From NCBI RefSeq assembly GCF_000142905.1, contig NW_013657627.1, positions 224,204 through 288,203 of the forward strand: a DNA stretch of 64,000 nt, given 5' to 3'. How positions within the stretch are numbered: position 1 is the stretch's first letter; each line of letters begins with the position of its first letter. The position numbers and the translations under genes are program-made. Positions 44,101-55,810 of this stretch are shown here, piece after piece. This DNA is from Thecamonas trahens ATCC 50062 (taxonomy: Eukaryota > Protista > Apusomonadida). The notes below the pieces were generated by a model. The model saw nothing but the letters and a program-made list of their open reading frames with translations, ran no database searches and had not been told where the DNA came from.

Positions 44101-47100
44101 TATGACGATTGTGTTTGGGCTCTCGACTGGGACGTCCAACATCCGACTGGTTGAGTCTGTGAACGGAGACGCGTCTGCAGCGCCGACGCTTGTGATCGAA
44201 TACCACACGGGGTTCGGCACATCTGCGAACACGGGCGCGGTGTACCTTGGTGACTACTCGGACACAGCGGTGGGGACGGTCAACTCGCTCTCTGGTGGCT
44301 TCCGGCTCAACTTTGTGCTTGCAGCCGCCGGCAGCTACACGTTCTCTGTGCGGCACTCTGTGGTGGCGAACCGGCTCGATGCCGGCAGCGAGCGTGTCAG
44401 CGCACTGCTCCGGGTCAACAACGTGTACTTTGGAAACGGCGTTGGCACGGAAGGAGTGCAGGTGCTCGAAGAGTTGACGGCGTCTGGAGTGTCCACGCCG
44501 ACGACGTCGAGCTTTACGCTCTCGCTCCCAGCCGGGGCGAGCGAGATTGTGTTTGGTGGGTATCTCTCGCGGCGAAGCGGGGTGCGCGACTACGCAGCTG
44601 TGTTCTTTGATGATATGGTGCTGAGTACGACCGATTTTGTCAGCTCGTGCTCAACGGCCAATCTTGAGTACAGCTACGAGTGGTGGGCACCATCATGCTC
44701 ACTTACCGCGCCGTGCTCCACGACGCAGCTCTCTTCTGGCCTGTGTGATCCGGAGATCCGGCTGTTTGCGCAGAACGAGGTCTGCTGTCTCGAAGTCAAC
44801 GTGGCTCTACCCAAGGAGATTCCCCCTCTCAGCTTTAACGTCAGTGATGTGGCCGCGAGCGAGCCGAGCTCGGGCTTTGTCGACTATATCGTGGCGCTCT
44901 CGCTTGGATTCGACGCCGAGATCGAAATCGTGGCCGTGCTCGAGACAGTCAATGGGACAGCTCTGTCTGGATTTGACTTTGCGCTTGTGACCCCAACTGT
45001 GGTGTTCCCCGTGGGGACCGAGACGGCCAATGCAGTTGTGCGTGTTTATCAGGATGGCGTGTACGAGGGTCACGCAGAGTCAGCGCCACCCGAGACGTTT
45101 GTCGTCCGGGTGGCGAGCATAACGGATGGGGTGACAGTTGCGGGTGTGACTCTCACAACCGTGAGCATTACCGATACCACACCACCACCAGCACCTCCGC
45201 CGCCGCCGAGCCCGCCCCCACCGAGTCCACCACCGCCGCCGAGTCCGCCGCCGCCGAGTCCTCCTCCGCCTAGTCCTCCTCCTCCGCCGCCTAGCCCCCC
45301 ACCGCCGCCGCCGAGTCCTCCTCCTCCGAGTCCTCCGCCGCCGCCGAGTCCTCCTCCCCCGAGTCTGCCTNNNNNNNNNNNNNNNNNNNNNNNNNNNNNN
45401 NNNNNNNNNNNNNNNNNNNNNNNNNNNNNNNNNNNNNNNNNNNNNNNNNNNNNNNNNNNNNNNNNNNNNNACCGCCGCCACCGAGTCTGCCTCCTCCGAG
45501 CCCCCCACCGCCGCCACCGAGTCTGCCTCCTCCGAGTCCTCCTCCGCCGCCGCCGAGTCCGCCTCCGCCGCCGAGTCCGCCTCCTCCGAGTCCGCCTCCG
45601 CCACCGCCGAGCCCGCCTCCTCCGAGTCCGGCTCCGCCGCCACCGAGTCCGCCTCCTCCGAGTCCGCCTCCGCCGCCACCGAGTCCGCCTCCTCCGAGTC
45701 CGCCTCCGCCTCCGCCGAGTCCGCCTCCTCCGAGCCCGCCTCCGCCGCCACCGAGCCCTCCTCCTCCGAGCCCGCCTCCGCCGCCACCGAGCCCTCCTCC
45801 TCCGAGTCCGCCTCCACCGCCGCCGAGTCCTCCTCCTCCGAGTCCGCCTCCACCACCACCGCCGCCGAGCCCGCCTCCTCCGAGTCCGCCGCCTCCGCCG
45901 CCGAGCCCTCCTCCACCAAGTCCGCTACCACCGCCACCAAGCCCGCCGCTGCCGCCCCCGAGTCCACCACCGCTATCCCCACCGGTGGTTGTTATGGCCT
46001 CGGCCGCTGTCATGGCTTCCGAGCCGACGTCGGGCTCGGCGCTCGTTCCGGTTACCATCTTCCTCTCGGCCCCGTCGCCATCTGCCATATCTGTCACCCT
46101 CACAACCTCGGTTCCGCCAGGCTCTCTGGCTACAAGCAATGTTGATTTTGACCTCGTCTCGTCGCCCATCGTTATCCCGGCCGGTGCCACCTCGGTTGTC
46201 TTCAACGCCGTCGTCCACGCTGATGCCTGGTACGACGGTGGCGAGACGTTTGCCGTCACGATCACCAGCATCGCTGGCTCGGCCGTCATCGGTCCCGTGG
46301 CCGCTACCGTGGTCACCATTGACGACTCGGGCCCGCCGCCCACCCTGCAAGCTCGTGCCCCTGCGGCGTCGCCCACCTCTGCCTTGGTCCTTACTACCGC
46401 TGAAGGCGATCGTGGCAATACGACGCTTATTGGCTTCGAGCTGGTAGTCTCACGCCCATCGGAGCACGCGACACCCATCATCATTACTTCACGCGATGTC
46501 GCCTTCCCGGCCACGCGCGACGTCGACTTTCGCCTGTTGGACGCTGCCTCGGGTGCCGGTCTCTCGTCCATCCCGCCCGCCGCCGTCTCCCACAACGTCA
46601 CCGTGGCGGTCATCGGCGACTTGGACTACGAGACAGACGAACTTGTCGCCATCAGCTTTGCGACCCTCCCGCTGCCTGCGCCTCCGTCGCTCAACGTCAC
46701 ACTCACCATCATCAATGATGACACCCGCCCGGTCTTGTCGTGGGCTGCCCGTGAGGTCGCGGTCGCTGAGGGGTCTGATCCGGCCAGCCTGCGCGGCTCC
46801 GTCGCCAATCTCACACTTGTCCTCTCGGCGCCCTCGTACGAGCATGTAAGCGTCGGCGTCGGCGTCGTCCTCGGTCGTGACGGCGACCCCGCCGTCGCCT
46901 CTGTTTCCGACATCTTCGGCCTGGCCATCAGTCCACTCGGCACGCCTCTCCTCACCCATGCCTTCTCCTTTTATCCGGGTACCACCCAGGTTGCCGTCCA
47001 GCTCTTTGTGGTCGGCGACGTCGAGGTCGAGGACGATGAAGTCGTCAGCATCGAGATTCGCCCGGCCTCGATAACCAACGCTCTGCTCGACGACGACGCC

Positions 47101-48880
47101 CGCTGGTGCGCCGTCACCATCGTCAACGACGATGAAGACTCTCAGCTCTCCGTTGACGGCATCCAGCGCCGCGTCGGTAACTGGTGGTGGATCTTTGTCC
47201 TCGCCATGATCCTGCTCGCCCTCTGCTGCTGCTGCTGTCTTTTCTTCCTCTGCTGCCTCCGAGAGGCTGTTGATGACGAAGTCTTTATCGTTGACGCCAA
47301 GCGCTCGTCGACCTCCGAGTCCTCTTCCGCGTCCTCGACTTCTTCTGCGCTAGACTCGTCTACCGCGCCTTCGTCCGAAAGTGGCGGTACTGCTATGCCA
47401 GCAGCGCTCCCGCCGCTGCCCATCGCGCCGCTCCCACAGCTTTCGACCCTCCCGGCTTCGTTTGCCGAACAAATCAAGCTGCCGACGCCTGCCGTGATGC
47501 AGGGCAAGCAGACTGTAGTCAGTGGCCCAAGCGCCGAAGAGCCATCCCGCCGCCCCCGTCGTCTGGGCGCACCTCGCGCTTGTCGTCAGCCTCGTCACGA
47601 AAGGCTTCGCTCCGCCTGCCCTCCCTCCCAGGCATGCCGCCGCTGCCAGACAGTGTCACCGCGCTCGACCCAGCACCCAGCACGATAACCGCCAAGCTGA
47701 TTGCTCAGGCCAAGACGCGCAACCAGCTGCCGCCCATCCCTGGCCTGTCCGCTGTTGACACGCCGCACGACGTCTCGGTCGTCTCGACCTCGGCCTTTGA
47801 GGCCGACGCAGGAGCCCCATCGGCGTCGTCGTCGGTGATTGGCTCGGTCTCATTCGGTTCCGAGGCGGACATGCGGTCGGCCGCCGCCCTGCGCGCCGCT
47901 AACCTCTCGCTCGACTCGCTGCTCTCTGGCGACGCCGACGACGCCGATGGCAGTAGCTCGATCTCCATCTCGTCGCCAGACTCGCCAGCTTCCCCCGGTC
48001 GGCCTTGCCTGACGCCGCAGGCTTCTCGTCGGCCTCGTCGGCGCCGTCATTGGCGGCGTCTTCCTCGTCCGCATCTGCCCGCCGTTCACCCGGCCGCCGC
48101 CGCTCCATCGGCCGTCGCAACAGCATCACACAGCGCTCGACGCGCACTGGCCGCTCGATAGACCTTGGGCCTAAGCGGAGCAAGGCGTCGGTCGCTGGCC
48201 GCAAGGCGCTGCCGCCCATGCCGCCTGCGCCCGCAGCGTCGCAAACCACCATCCTCGACGCCACCCACAACGCCACCGTAGTCGAGACCGAATCGAACTC
48301 GAGTGGAGAGTCTTCGTCGCTCAAGGACAGTGCTTCCGACGACGACCTCGCTCTGCCGTCGTGCTCTGACTCGGACGGCCCCGCGCCGGTCAAGTCGGGC
48401 GTCGACGTGACGCTCGAGTCGTTGTCCAAGCTGCTCGACTCACCGTCGTCGGAGATCCTCAGTCGCTCGCCTGCCCGCTCGCCCATGCATCGCGAGGTGC
48501 TCCGGGCACGGGCATCACGGCTTGCGGCTGGGCTTTCGCTGCCGAGTCCTAAGGGCGGCACCAAGCCGAAGCCAATTCTCCCGCCCATGCCCTCGCTGCC
48601 CGGAAGCGCCCAGTCCTCACCAGTGCTTGCCCTCGAGGCCACACTTGCCAGTGGCAACGATGGTGGCGAAGCCTCTGATGCCGGCGCCCCGTCGTTGCCC
48701 GACTCGCCGAGCCGACGTCGCGGCGGCAACAGACTCGCGGCCTCGGGCTCGACCGAGGTCACCCAGCTCGGGCTCGGGATCTCCGGCCCTCGCCGCGGCC
48801 GTCCCTCGCTTACCATGCCGCCCCTGGCAGGCGCCGGCGGCTCTTCGCCGATCCTGCCGTCAACGGACAACAGACAGTAG
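41156..48880 (+). CDS. Giant single-pass adhesin-like protein: bacterial-type N-terminal/FlgD-Ig-like region, Calx-beta x5, PA14, Ser-Pro(n) stalk, TM, long Ser/Pro-rich tail; spans a gap and apparent frameshifts
   Basis: Signal peptide MRKVVLAVVMLALIC; WDGTDSSG..V.NG.Y (FlgD-Ig-like); Calx-beta (EGDTG..V..YATVDGSA.AGSDY..GTVT..DNVLEVDEQF); PA14-like (GWLRV..TDTYTF.VAGDNSVELWL). SPPPP repeats surround the gap, then three more Calx-beta repeats and TM WWWIFVLAMILLALCCCCCLFFLCC. The tail continues through ORFs 47580 and 48005 (inferred joins). Confidence 0.72.
45180..45985 (+). repeat. Coding Ser-Pro3-5 (extensin/pherophorin-like) repeat
   Basis: ccgagtccgcctcct-type tandem units on both sides of the 100-N gap. 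Confidence 0.9.
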
Positions 48881-48907
48881 CTGACGTTTATTTGTGTAGC
48901 CGAAGCA

Positions 48908-50302
48908 TCAGCGGACAACGTCAAAGGTGGCAACCAGGCCAAAGTGGTCCGAGCAAAAGATGGGCTTGCTGGCAGCGTCGTAGCCGAACGGCTTCATGCC
49001 GATGCGAACCATGTCGATGAGGACAATCGATGGTCGCGGGCTAGCAGTCGGCTTGGCCCTGCGCGAGGGGCGGAAGAGCACACGATCGTAGCGGGTCTTA
49101 AAGTCACGGATAAAGGCACAGGTGGCATACGGGTTGATGGCAGCGTCCATGGTGGCGCCCGCGGCGTGGGCACGACCGAGCTCAGTCCATGCATCAGCCC
49201 ACGCCCACCCGTTCCCGGTCGGCAGCGGAAGGCCCTCGCGCTTGCGCAGGTTGAGATCGCCGACAAGAATGGCTGCGTCGGCACCAGACTTGGGCGGCGA
49301 GAGGAGCTTGAGGCATGCTCCGAGCTGCGCCACCCGTGTCGTTGCAGCTTGCGAGCCAGACTCGAGGTGCGAGGTGGCAAAGGCGAGCCGGAGCGGGCCG
49401 CCGCAACCTGGCGCCTCGATCTCCACCGACGCCACCACCACGTCGCGCGCCATGCACGAGTTGGCAAAACCGATGCGCTGGACCTGGAGCGGGGCGATGC
49501 GGAGAGCAACGAGGGTAAAGTAAGGCACATCCGCCGGCTGCTCTGTCACGTTGTAGTCGACTGCCCACGGAAGCGCGAGCAGAAGCTCGCGCGAGGTCGG
49601 CGTCACCTCCTGCAGCGCCACCAGTGTTGGCTTCCGCGCCTGGATCTCCCTCCCGATCGCCACCATCCGCCGCGCCATCTCGATAGGCTCGAACCACACG
49701 TTCCACGTCAGTACCGTGAACCGTCCGCCCACCTCGTCCTCGCCCTCTGCATCACTCTCGTCCACAGGCGTGCCGTCCAGCCGCCGCTGCCTTTTCAGCG
49801 CTCTCTCCTCTGCCACCTCTCCGCTTGCCAATCCGCCAGCCAATCCGCTCCTCTTGCTCGCCCGTCTTTCCGCAGCCGCAGCAGCCGCAGCGGCCGCCGT
49901 CATCCCGCCTTGTGCACCCTGTCCGACCAGCGATCCATCCGCTCGCCGCTTGACGCCACCCCCAGCAACAGCCACAGAGCTCGAGGCATGCCGAGCCGGA
50001 GACGAGGTGGCTGTGGACGATGGAGTGATATCTCTGGTAGATGCTCCGGCGTTGTTCTCGGCGTTGCTTCCTAGATTGGACTCGGTATCGGAATCGCCCG
50101 TCAGATCAATGGCGCCAATGCTCGTCGCGCGGCCCGGCTTTGTCGCAGCAGGTGACCGTGCCGGCGAGCTGGCAGGAGGTGGCTCGCCGCAGACAGCCGC
50201 ATGAGTTTGTATGAGGGATGGTGGGTAAGGTTCGCCGCAGAGCGGGCAGTCGATGTTTCGGACATGAGATGGGTGAGGTTGCCTCTCCGCAGACGCCCAC
50301 AC
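48908..50302 (-). CDS. TDP2: Tyrosyl-DNA phosphodiesterase 2-like EEP hydrolase with N-terminal UBZ4-like finger; exact start uncertain
   Basis: VLTWNVWF, RM.AI, VALQEVT, F.NS.M.R, ATSHLES, LVGDLNLR, DAW, RYDRV, SDHFGL. N-terminal CPLC..LIQTHAAVC. Confidence 0.85.
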   Translation of the reverse strand: MWASAERQPHPSHVRNIDCPLCGEPYPPSLIQTHAAVCGEPPPASSPARSPAATKPGRATSIGAIDLTGDSDTESNLGSNAENNAGASTRDITPSSTATSSPARHASSSVAVAGGGVKRRADGSLVGQGAQGGMTAAAAAAAAAERRASKRSGLAGGLASGEVAEERALKRQRRLDGTPVDESDAEGEDEVGGRFTVLTWNVWFEPIEMARRMVAIGREIQARKPTLVALQEVTPTSRELLLALPWAVDYNVTEQPADVPYFTLVALRIAPLQVQRIGFANSCMARDVVVASVEIEAPGCGGPLRLAFATSHLESGSQAATTRVAQLGACLKLLSPPKSGADAAILVGDLNLRKREGLPLPTGNGWAWADAWTELGRAHAAGATMDAAINPYATCAFIRDFKTRYDRVLFRPSRRAKPTASPRPSIVLIDMVRIGMKPFGYDAASKPIFCSDHFGLVATFDVVR

Positions 50303-50501
50303 ATTTTTCTAGAAGGCTGATTTAAGGTTTCCCCCAACTCCGGCCAGGAAAAGCCTTTAGCCATAAGATGCTCAGCCCCTTACGGGGGGAGGGGGGGGGG
50401 GGGGGGGGGTCGCGTCACTGGCTGCGAGTCGCAGTCGGTCAGTCAACCGGAGAGTCGGCCGGTCGGATGGGTTTAGTTTGAGGATGGACGAGTGTGAGCG
50501 G

Positions 50502-53500
50502 CTAGGTTGAGGAGCCGGCGGCAGCGAGATCGTGCTGGTAGCGGAGGAGGGCAGCTTCCTCACGGACGGTGGTGAGCCAAAAGTCTTTTTCGGCGGCCGA
50601 GTCTGCACGCATGATGTAGGTCCTGGTCGGGGTGATGATCTGGAAGGCAAAGTCGAACTTGCGGTGCTCAAATGAGCCGTTGGCGTAGGCGTCGACTAGA
50701 GGAATGCGGCCCTTGGCAAGATTGATGAACTCGCGGGAGCCTGGGCGGGCGGTGGGCGGCTTGACAAAGTAGTAGAGGAAGCCGCCCGAGAGGAGCATGA
50801 ACCGCTTCTTCCAGTTCCGCCGCTTCCCACCCTTCTTCCACACAAAGCCGCCGGCCTTGGAGACGGCGACTACGGGCTTGGGTGGAAGGAGGTTGCGCTC
50901 CGAGGCAAAAGCCGCGAGAAGGACTGCGACGGTCTGCGGAGTGGGCTCGATCCCGGTCGAGTGCAGGGAAAGGTCGATGGGCTCATTGTGGAAAGCAAAG
51001 CGCCACGGTTTGGCGAGCATGGTGAGCTCGACCTTGGAGAGGACGGCGACGAGTTGGAAGGTGTGCTCGCCGCGGACGACGGTGACCTTGCCGAACGAGT
51101 TGCGGGCGATGGCACCGTTGCGCTCGCAGGACGAGTACTGCTTGATGAGGTCGGGACCCTTGTGGTCGGTCGACTCGAAGATGTGCGCCTGGAGCGACGA
51201 GACTTCACCAAAGGTGAGCGACGGGGCCGTGATGCCCTCGGCCGGCACATCGAGCGGAGCGACGTAGGCGACGAGCATGACGTGTGCAACCCGGACGTTA
51301 AGGGCGTCGAGCTTGAGGTGGAGGACCTGCGGGCAGATGGTTTCGTTGTCGTCGCCTGTGACAAGCGCGAGGCCGTCGTCGAGCTCGCTGGCTGCGCCGA
51401 GGCCGACGACATCGATGACCTTGTGCTGGGCGTCGAGGCCAACGGCGGCGAGAACAAGCTGCGCTGCCGACGCGGCCAACCGGCTCCCGTCAGCGAGGTC
51501 CCACGAAAGGCCGACGCAGTGCGGACGGAGGTGTGAGATCTCAACCGGCTCGTTGGTGAGCATGGCGGTGGTAGCGCGACGGCGGCGCGAAGGGCCGGCA
51601 GAAGACGATCGGTGCAGGTACGGCGCGTCTGACGGGGGCGACTCAAAGAGCAAGCTCATCGAGCCGTCGTCAGTGGTGAAGCCGAGTGGGCCAGCCGATG
51701 CTGTCGACGCTGTCGAGGCTGTCGAGGCCGTCCGCGAACGTGATTCAGGCACAGAGCCCGAGTTTGAGCCGTCCAGCTGAGCCTGGCGGGCGCGAACCGG
51801 TCCGGTGGCGTTGATGGCGCGGAGGAAGGAGACCGGAAGCTGGGCGAGAACGTCATCGCTGTCGTCGTCATCGACGGCGAGCGGGACGATCGAGGCCACA
51901 AGCGCGTCGTCGAGCGAGAGAATCAAATGTTCGGTGACGTCACCGGCAACTATGACCTGGACAAGGTAGCGGCCAGGCCGAGCCGACGTGACGCGGACAA
52001 AAAACTGGCCGTCGGGGTCGGCTTCGACCACGGCGGTGGCCGAGGCTGAGAGACCTACAGGCGGTGTTTCCTGCGTCAGGCGGACCGAGACAAGGTGAGG
52101 TGAGGGGTCAGCGGCATCGTCGGCAAAGGTGATGCCAATTGAGACTTCAGCGAGGTCGAGCTCGGCCGAGGGCGGCTGTTCGAGCAGTTGCGACAAGGTC
52201 CCCTTACGAGTCGGGCGCTCGGCCGGAAGCGAAAGCGTCGCGGGCGACGTGGCAGGCTCGGCCTCAGGCAGCTCGGTGCTATCGAGGGTGAGCGAGTCGT
52301 ACGGCAAGAGAGCTGTGCCGTCTGCAGTCTGGCGAAGGAGCGCCTCCTCGGTGTCTTCGCATTGAGAGTCAAAGAGGGACGAGCGGCGCGATGAGACGAA
52401 GCGCGGCGAGTCGAGCGTTGAGAGCGGCTTGTCGGAGAAGAACTCGAGGTAGTTGGACGGAACGTAGCCAACTTGGCCGTCGCGCTCGGCCACAAACCAG
52501 CCAGGTGATGGTGTCTCGAGGATGAGCAGTGTGTCGCCGGCTGCAAACGGCAGCTCGTCGTCGTCCTCGCCCTCAAAGGCGAAGAGGGTACGGGCAAAGG
52601 CACCGGCACGCAGCTCGCCGGCAACGATAGAGAGGCGCGACGAGCGGCGGGACGACGGTGACTGCGACTCGGCCGAGGCGAGGTCGGCGAGCGAGTCAGG
52701 CAGGTCGACAATGAGCGTCTTGCGTGCCTCCTCGCGCGCCGGATTCTTGTTGCCGCGGTTGAGCAGGCGCTGGGCAACAGGGATTGGGGCGCGGGCAGCA
52801 GCCGGGGTGGGCGCTGGAACAGCCTCGCGCATCGGGTCCGATGGCAGGCTCGCCGAGTACACGCCCGAGTCCGAGTCCGAATCAGAATATGAGTCGGAAT
52901 AGTTTCGGTAGGCATTGGCAACGTTGCTGATGGGGATCGCACTCGCGTCGGAAGCAGCCTCAGTAGCTGCGTCCTGTGCGGGGTCCTCGGATTGGGTGGC
53001 GGTGGGTGGAGGTGGGTTGGATGCCTCGTGCTCGGATGCTGTAGCTGTTGCTGCTGCTGCGCTGTGCTCAGCCGCCTCGGTCACTTCAACCGTCTCGGCC
53101 GCCTCACGCTCAACTGCTGCTGTGGCCTCGGCTGCCTCAGCTGCCTGACGCTCGGCGGCTTCGGCTGCTTCGCGCTCGGCTGCCTCAGCTGCCTCACGCT
53201 CAACTGCTGCTGCGGCCTCGACTGCCTCGCGTTCGGCTGCCTCAGCTGCCTCACGCTCGGCGGATTCAGCTGCCTGACGCTCGGCGGCTTCGGCTGCCTC
53301 ACGCTCGGCTGCCTCAGCTGCCTCACGCTCAACTGCTGCTGCGGCTTCGGCTGCCTCAGCTGCCTCACGCTCGGCGGCCTCGGCTGCCTCAGCTGTCTCA
53401 CGCTCGGCGGCTTCGGCTGCCTCAGCTGCCTCACGCTCGGCGGATTCAGCTGCCTCACGCTCGGCGGCTTCGGCTGCCTCACGCTCGGCTGCCTTGGCTG

Positions 53501-54498
53501 CCTCACGCTCGGCTGCCTCAGCTGCCTCACGCTCGACTGCTGCTGCGGCCTCGGCTGCCTTGGCTGCCTCACGCTCGGCGGCTTCGGCTGCCTCACGCTC
53601 GGCTGCCTCAGCTGCCTCGCGCTCAACTGCTGCTGCGGCCTCGGCTGCCTCAGCTGCCTCACGCTCGGCGGCTTCGGCTGCCTCAGCTGCCTCACGCTCG
53701 GCGGATTCAGCTGCCTCACGCTCGGCGGATTCAGCTGCCTCACGCTCGGCGGATTCAGCTGCCTCACGCTCGGCCTCCTTGGCTGCCTCACGCTCGGCAT
53801 GCACCGCCGCAACGCGCTCGGAAAAGTCCTTGTAGAACTGCGCAACGTAGGTGAAAAGCGAGGGAATGTCCGGCTCGCGCGAAGAGAGCAGCTCTGCCGC
53901 GATGAGCGGCTCAACCCCGAGCGCATCATGCGCAAGGTCGAGCGCAGCACGGTTCAGCTCAATCCCCGGCTCGTGGCACGATGCGTTAAAGGCTTCGATC
54001 CGCGTCTGCGCCTCACCGCCCGCCACAGGCGCCAGGGCACGAATGAGCTGCACAAGCAGTTCGCCAGAGCTAAAGCCCAACAGAGACGCCGTCTCGTCGC
54101 CAGTGACTATCCGGATCCATCGTGTGAGCTCGGCCTGCGCCTTACCGCGCCACGACTTGCCAACCGAGTACGACTGAATAAGGTTCCAGATGAGACCAAG
54201 AATGACGACCTTGCGCCCTGAACAGAGCGAGTTTGGATCGATGGAGCCCAAGGCGACGCCGTCGGCCTGAAACACGGCCAGAGCCACGCCAATGTTATCG
54301 ATTTTCTGCGCCATCAGCTTCGGCGTCTTCTTCACCGATCTCGGCGGGGACCAACCCGTCAACGCCGAGGCCAATTCGACCAAAACCGATGCAAACTCTG
54401 AATACAAGTCATTGACCTCGACCTGATGCCCGTCCCGCTGCAGCACCACATTGACCCAGGCTCCGAACGTCTGTCCCGCGCAGTATGCCCGCCACACA

Positions 54499-54562
<64 letters not shown>

Positions 54563-54859
54563 TACACGCATATATATATATAAGTCAGTCACCCAACCCC
54601 CCAGGCCCCCAAGCTCTCTGCCGCCCTTTGTCCCGGTCACCTCGCTCGCAACTGCTCCGTTGCCATACCAAAAACGGACCACCATGCGTGACCACCTACC
54701 GCATCACCACCACCATCATCATCATCATCATCACATCCCCACACACACACCACCACCACCGCCACACCGCTACCACCGCCATGTACATACCTGTCTTTGG
54801 GCTTCGACCCAGGTCTCGTCATGGATATACACCTCGCCTTCGCTCTCGCCGTCCGACAT
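50502..54859 (-). CDS. Tandem calponin-homology actin-binding protein with E/A-rich rod, SH3, TerD-like and PH domains; exons 54859-54791 and 54470-50502
   Basis: Splicing at GTATGT(54790)...CAG(54471) gives MSDGESEGEVYIHDETWVEAQRQ|TFGAWVN (CH1). Further CH motifs: KIDNI..AL, ILGLIWNLI..Y, PD..SLFTYVAQFY. SH3: ARTLFAFEGEDDDELPFAAGD..GWF..GYVPSNY. PH: GFVWKKGGKRRNWKKRF...KDFW. Confidence 0.85.
53085..53800 (-). repeat. Coding tandem repeat (AEREAAEA-type units)
   Basis: More than 20 degenerate gctgcctcacgctcggc units encoding EAAEAAER. Confidence 0.9.
54494..54560. repeat. (CA)n microsatellite inside an intron
   Basis: Dinucleotide run within the inferred intron 54471-54790. Confidence 0.9.
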
Positions 54860-55810
54860 GTTGGCCTCTCAGGCGAGTGAGGTGTCGCTGGCCTCGTCGT
54901 CTCGGCTCGGCACCCACCGGCCTCCGGAGCGATCCATCCGCTGCATGGGCCCATCGCGTCTCGGACATGACATGCCTTAGATCACAAGCGCAATGTATGA
55001 TCGGACGTGTTGGCTCCGATCAGGGGATGAGCGCGGACAGCACGTTCGTGCAGCTGCTGACAGCCAGATCCGTCCGTCCCGGGGAGCTCGGGGCGGCTGG
55101 ATCGGAGTGAGCTGGTTGATCTGAGCCGATACTAACGATAGAATGCTCAGCATCCAGATCATTCTGGCTGGCCGTATCCCATCCTGAGCTTAAGCACACA
55201 TGCAATCGCGGTCTTAAAGAACTGCATGTGAGGTCATGATGTGCACTATTTTACGAGTGGCTGATCAATGCTCTTCTGGCTCACACAAAGCATATCCGAC
55301 TGCAACTCTCGTTGTGACCATTCTACACACAGTCGCACATCACTAACCCCTACAATGCGACGGCTACCATGCCAACATCAAGTGCTCTCAACTGAAGCTC
55401 ATCATCTTAGCCCGCACACCGCAAAGGCCGAAAATACAACCGGCCGCTGCGCGCAACTCGATCCTTCTCATCTCATGCGAGCACGCATGAGGCTCCGATC
55501 TCGGCTACCCTTGCTTCTTGTCCCCTTCCACCCCCTCCCTCCCCCCCCCACTACCAGTACCAACACTGTAGAATGAGCTATTTTGTAACATGATCGATCG
55601 ATGCCATCTCCTTTCGTCTCGCGTGAGCCATCGTCGCCATGGAACGATCCTTCAAAGTTTGGACAGGCGACGAGTGGCGGTCGGCGGGGGGCGTCGCATA
55701 CGCGCCAGGTTGGCTGACCGGCCGGCTGACAGTCGGCGACCGTGGTGGCGGCGGCAAAGTACTTCTCGCCCTGGCACCGACCTTGTTGAGACGGTTGTGT
55801 AGAGCAAAGG

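Noticed and set aside
45471-46447. Arg-rich C-terminus of ORF 41087-46447 and the antisense poly-Gly or EADS ORFs
   Set aside because: These are frame artefacts of the arbitrary 100-N gap. The plausible frame is Ser-Pro continuing into ORF 45985-47688.
52992-54221. Cys/Leu/Gly-rich (CLTLGG) and other alternative-frame repeat ORFs
   Set aside because: They are shadow frames of the EAAER coding repeat.
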